This document shows, one piece after another, positions 62,207 to 64,000 of a stretch of DNA of 64,000 nucleotides. The stretch is from Pseudomonadales bacterium (GTDB lineage: Bacteria > Pseudomonadota > Gammaproteobacteria > Pseudomonadales > Azotimanducaceae). The stretch covers positions 602-64,601 of the forward strand of contig JADHNT010000001.1 of NCBI GenBank assembly GCA_016779385.1, written 5' to 3'. How positions within the stretch are numbered: position 1 is the first letter of the stretch; every line of letters begins with the position of its first letter. Under the pieces are notes generated by a model. It did not search any database. It saw only the letters and a program-made list of their open reading frames with translations, and was not told the DNA's origin. The position numbers were made by a program, and so were the translations under genes.

Positions 62207-62607
62207 CTTTTAGCCTTACGCACGTAGAGCACCATGGTGTGCTCCACCAGTTCGAAACCGTGCTCCCGGGCAATTTCTCGCTGGAGCCGCTCGATGCGTT
62301 CATCGAAAAACTCCATCACCCGTCCCGAGTCCACGTCGACCATATGATCGTGGTGATCGTCGCTGGCGAGCTCATACACGGCCCGGCCGTCATCGAAGTT
62401 GTGCCGCTCCACGAGTCCGGCCCCTTCAAACTGCGTCAGCACCCGATAAACCGTGGCAAGACCGATGCTTTCATCGGACTCCATAAGCTTTCGGTAGACG
62501 TCTTCCGCAGACAGATGGTGGGGCTCGGCGCTCTCGAGGATCTCGAGAATCTTTAGCCGGGGCACGGTGACCTTGAGGCCTGCCCGTCGTAGATCGGCGT
62601 TATCCAC
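62203..62607 (-). CDS. fur: Ferric uptake regulator
   Basis: GLKVTVPRLKILEIL..HLSAEDVY..IGLATVYRVLTQFEGAGLV..HHDHMV. GTG start with AAGGAGA SD. Confidence 0.88.
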   Translation of the reverse strand: MDNADLRRAGLKVTVPRLKILEILESAEPHHLSAEDVYRKLMESDESIGLATVYRVLTQFEGAGLVERHNFDDGRAVYELASDDHHDHMVDVDSGRVMEFFDERIERLQREIAREHGFELVEHTMVLYVRKAKS

Positions 62608-62755
62608 GCGCTGCGTTCTCCTTTCTCACAAGAGGCACCCCTAGGGGCGAAGGGCGCCGAGCCCTATTAGGCCCGAGACCGCCGGCCTTGGCAAAAGTTG
62701 CCGCGCCCGGCGCCCCATGCTCCCATGGACCTTCACGATGCGAAGGAGTCCTATC

Positions 62756-63694
62756 ATGACCATCAGCGCCGGCCTCGGCCTTGCCCATTTCCCCTTCTCC
62801 AGCGGCCGCGCCTTCTGGCGCTGGGTAGACCTCTGCGAAAGCGGCGGCGTCGATTCCATCTGGCAGTCTGATCGCCTGGTAAGCCCCATCCCAAATCTTG
62901 AAGTCATGTCCGTCATGGCCGCCCTCGCCGGGGGCACGAAGCGCATCAAGTTCGGCATGAACGTGGCATCCCTCGGGCACCGGGACCCCTTCCTCACCGC
63001 CAAGGCCTGCGCCACCATCGATGTGCTGTCTGAAGGCCGCCTACTCCCCGCCTTTGGGGTCGGCACGGCGCGGAGCGACGACTACCGCGCTCGGGGCGTG
63101 CCCACCCAGGGTCGGGGCAAGCGCAGCGCCGAGGCCCTAGAAATCATCTCGAAGCTCTGGGCGGAAGGTACGGTCACCTTTAAGGGCACCTACTACCAAT
63201 ACGAGAACGCCACCCTTGCGCCCCAGCCGGTGCAGCGGAACCTTCCCCTTTGGGTGGGAGGCAGCGCCCCGGCAGCCATCGAGCGCACGGCGCGCTGGGG
63301 CACCGGGTGGCAAGCAGGGCTCGAAACGCCAGAGGAAATTGCTCCCGTCATCACGGCGATTAAGGACCGGGCCGCAGCCCTTGGCCGCACCATCGACGAA
63401 GATCACTATGGCGCGGGCTTCGCCTTCCGCTTTGGATCCCCGGAAGATCCCGTCGCCAAGGCCCAGGGGGACGCGCTGCGGGCTCGGCTGGGGGACCAGG
63501 CCGACGCCATGATGGCCGTGGGGGATAGCGACGCCATCATGGAACGGCTCCTCGCCTACCACGCCGCCGGGGCCCACAAGTTCATTCTTCGCCCCATGGC
63601 CCAGGACGACGACGACATGATGGTCCAGACTGCCCGGCTCATTAAGGACGTGCTGCCGCAGGTAGAAGCCGTCAATCAGGCCGCAGCCGCCTAG
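62756..63694 (+). CDS. Luciferase-like (LLM class) flavin/F420-dependent oxidoreductase
   Basis: ATG 62756 with AAGGAG SD. TIM-barrel LLM pattern: FDSIWQSDRL, GRLLPAFGVG, NLPLWVGG. Confidence 0.7.
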   Translation: MTISAGLGLAHFPFSSGRAFWRWVDLCESGGVDSIWQSDRLVSPIPNLEVMSVMAALAGGTKRIKFGMNVASLGHRDPFLTAKACATIDVLSEGRLLPAFGVGTARSDDYRARGVPTQGRGKRSAEALEIISKLWAEGTVTFKGTYYQYENATLAPQPVQRNLPLWVGGSAPAAIERTARWGTGWQAGLETPEEIAPVITAIKDRAAALGRTIDEDHYGAGFAFRFGSPEDPVAKAQGDALRARLGDQADAMMAVGDSDAIMERLLAYHAAGAHKFILRPMAQDDDDMMVQTARLIKDVLPQVEAVNQAAAA

Positions 63695-63706
63695 GGATTC
63701 TGCGCC

Positions 63707-64000
63707 GTGAGGGAAGCCCCGCCTCTCCTGGTCTTCACGGACCTGGACGGAACCCTGCTCAACGATGCCTACCGCTTCGCGGGCGCTGAGGCGGCCCTGG
63801 CTCGGCTCGCCCAGAAACAGATTCCCCTGGTGCTGGCCACCTCAAAAACGCGCGCCGAACTTACGACGCTATCGGCGCAACTCCCGGGCGTCCCCGGGCT
63901 TATCTTCGAAAATGGCGCCGGGATCACCTGCCCCGGCCCGGGCGGCCCCCAAACCACCCTCTTTGGCCCAGGCTACGCCGCACTCCTGGCCATCCTTAAG
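63707..64000 (+). CDS. HAD-IIB phosphatase, mannosyl-3-phosphoglycerate phosphatase (YedP) family; 3' end cut by window edge
   Basis: Frame is open from GTG 63707 to the window end. My translation is VREAPPLLVFTDLDGTLLNDAYRF..IPLVLATSKTRAEL..GLIFENGAGI, which parallels the E. coli YedP N-terminus. Not in the ORF track because it has no stop. Confidence 0.7.
   Translation, partial: MREAPPLLVFTDLDGTLLNDAYRFAGAEAALARLAQKQIPLVLATSKTRAELTTLSAQLPGVPGLIFENGAGITCPGPGGPQTTLFGPGYAALLAILK

Noticed and set aside
1-64000. Using the loose pattern YGT-N12-ACR alone to call PpsR sites anywhere in the window
   Set aside because: I estimate the loose pattern occurs by chance roughly once per kilobase. I therefore reported only sites in PGC promoter gaps that also match the extended TGTCA-N8-TGACA form or are near-perfect palindromes. 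I could not scan coding regions exhaustively by eye.
1-64000. Search for CRISPR arrays, IS elements, integrases, prophage genes, rRNA and tRNA
   Set aside because: I saw no regularly spaced direct repeats, no transposase or integrase motifs in any long ORF, and no rRNA- or tRNA-like sequence. Absence by eye is not proof; dedicated tools should confirm it.

Overview
GC-rich proteobacterial chromosome segment. Positions 1-17.2 kb are one arm of a purple-bacterial photosynthesis gene cluster (PGC). It reads bchZ(partial)-bchY-bchX-bchC-crtF-crtE on the minus strand, then divergent crtD-crtC, then convergent crtB-crtI-bchO-bchD-bchI. Two uncharacterised co-oriented genes (a polytopic membrane protein and an alpha/beta hydrolase) sit ahead of bchI. 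Every promoter-sized gap in this arm carries a PpsR/CrtJ-type TGT-N12-ACA palindrome, including a tandem pair 8 bp apart upstream of bchC. No crtA or tspO is present, and a cytochrome P450 sits divergently at the cluster border. The 17.3-36 kb stretch is dominated by acyl-CoA metabolism: SDR, enoyl-CoA hydratase, acyl-CoA dehydrogenases, acyl-CoA synthetase and aldehyde dehydrogenase. It also holds three APH-type kinase paralogs (two in a translationally coupled kinase/small-protein/kinase triad), MerR- and MarR-type regulators, and a 693-aa dynamin-like GTPase. The 36-64 kb stretch is mixed housekeeping and accessory metabolism. It includes a class III aminotransferase coupled to a CysZ-like protein, a plcP-agt lipid-remodelling pair behind a Pho-box-like repeat, and a glnS operon containing a dimeric dUTPase. 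It also has tesB, photolyase, paired acyl-CoA dehydrogenases, mlaA, a TatT-associated TRAP transporter, MFS transporters, fur, an LLM oxidoreductase and a partial HAD phosphatase. I recognised no rRNA, tRNA, CRISPR array, transposase or integrase. All functional calls rest on motif-level reading of the translated ORFs plus gene context; no database search or folding computation was possible.
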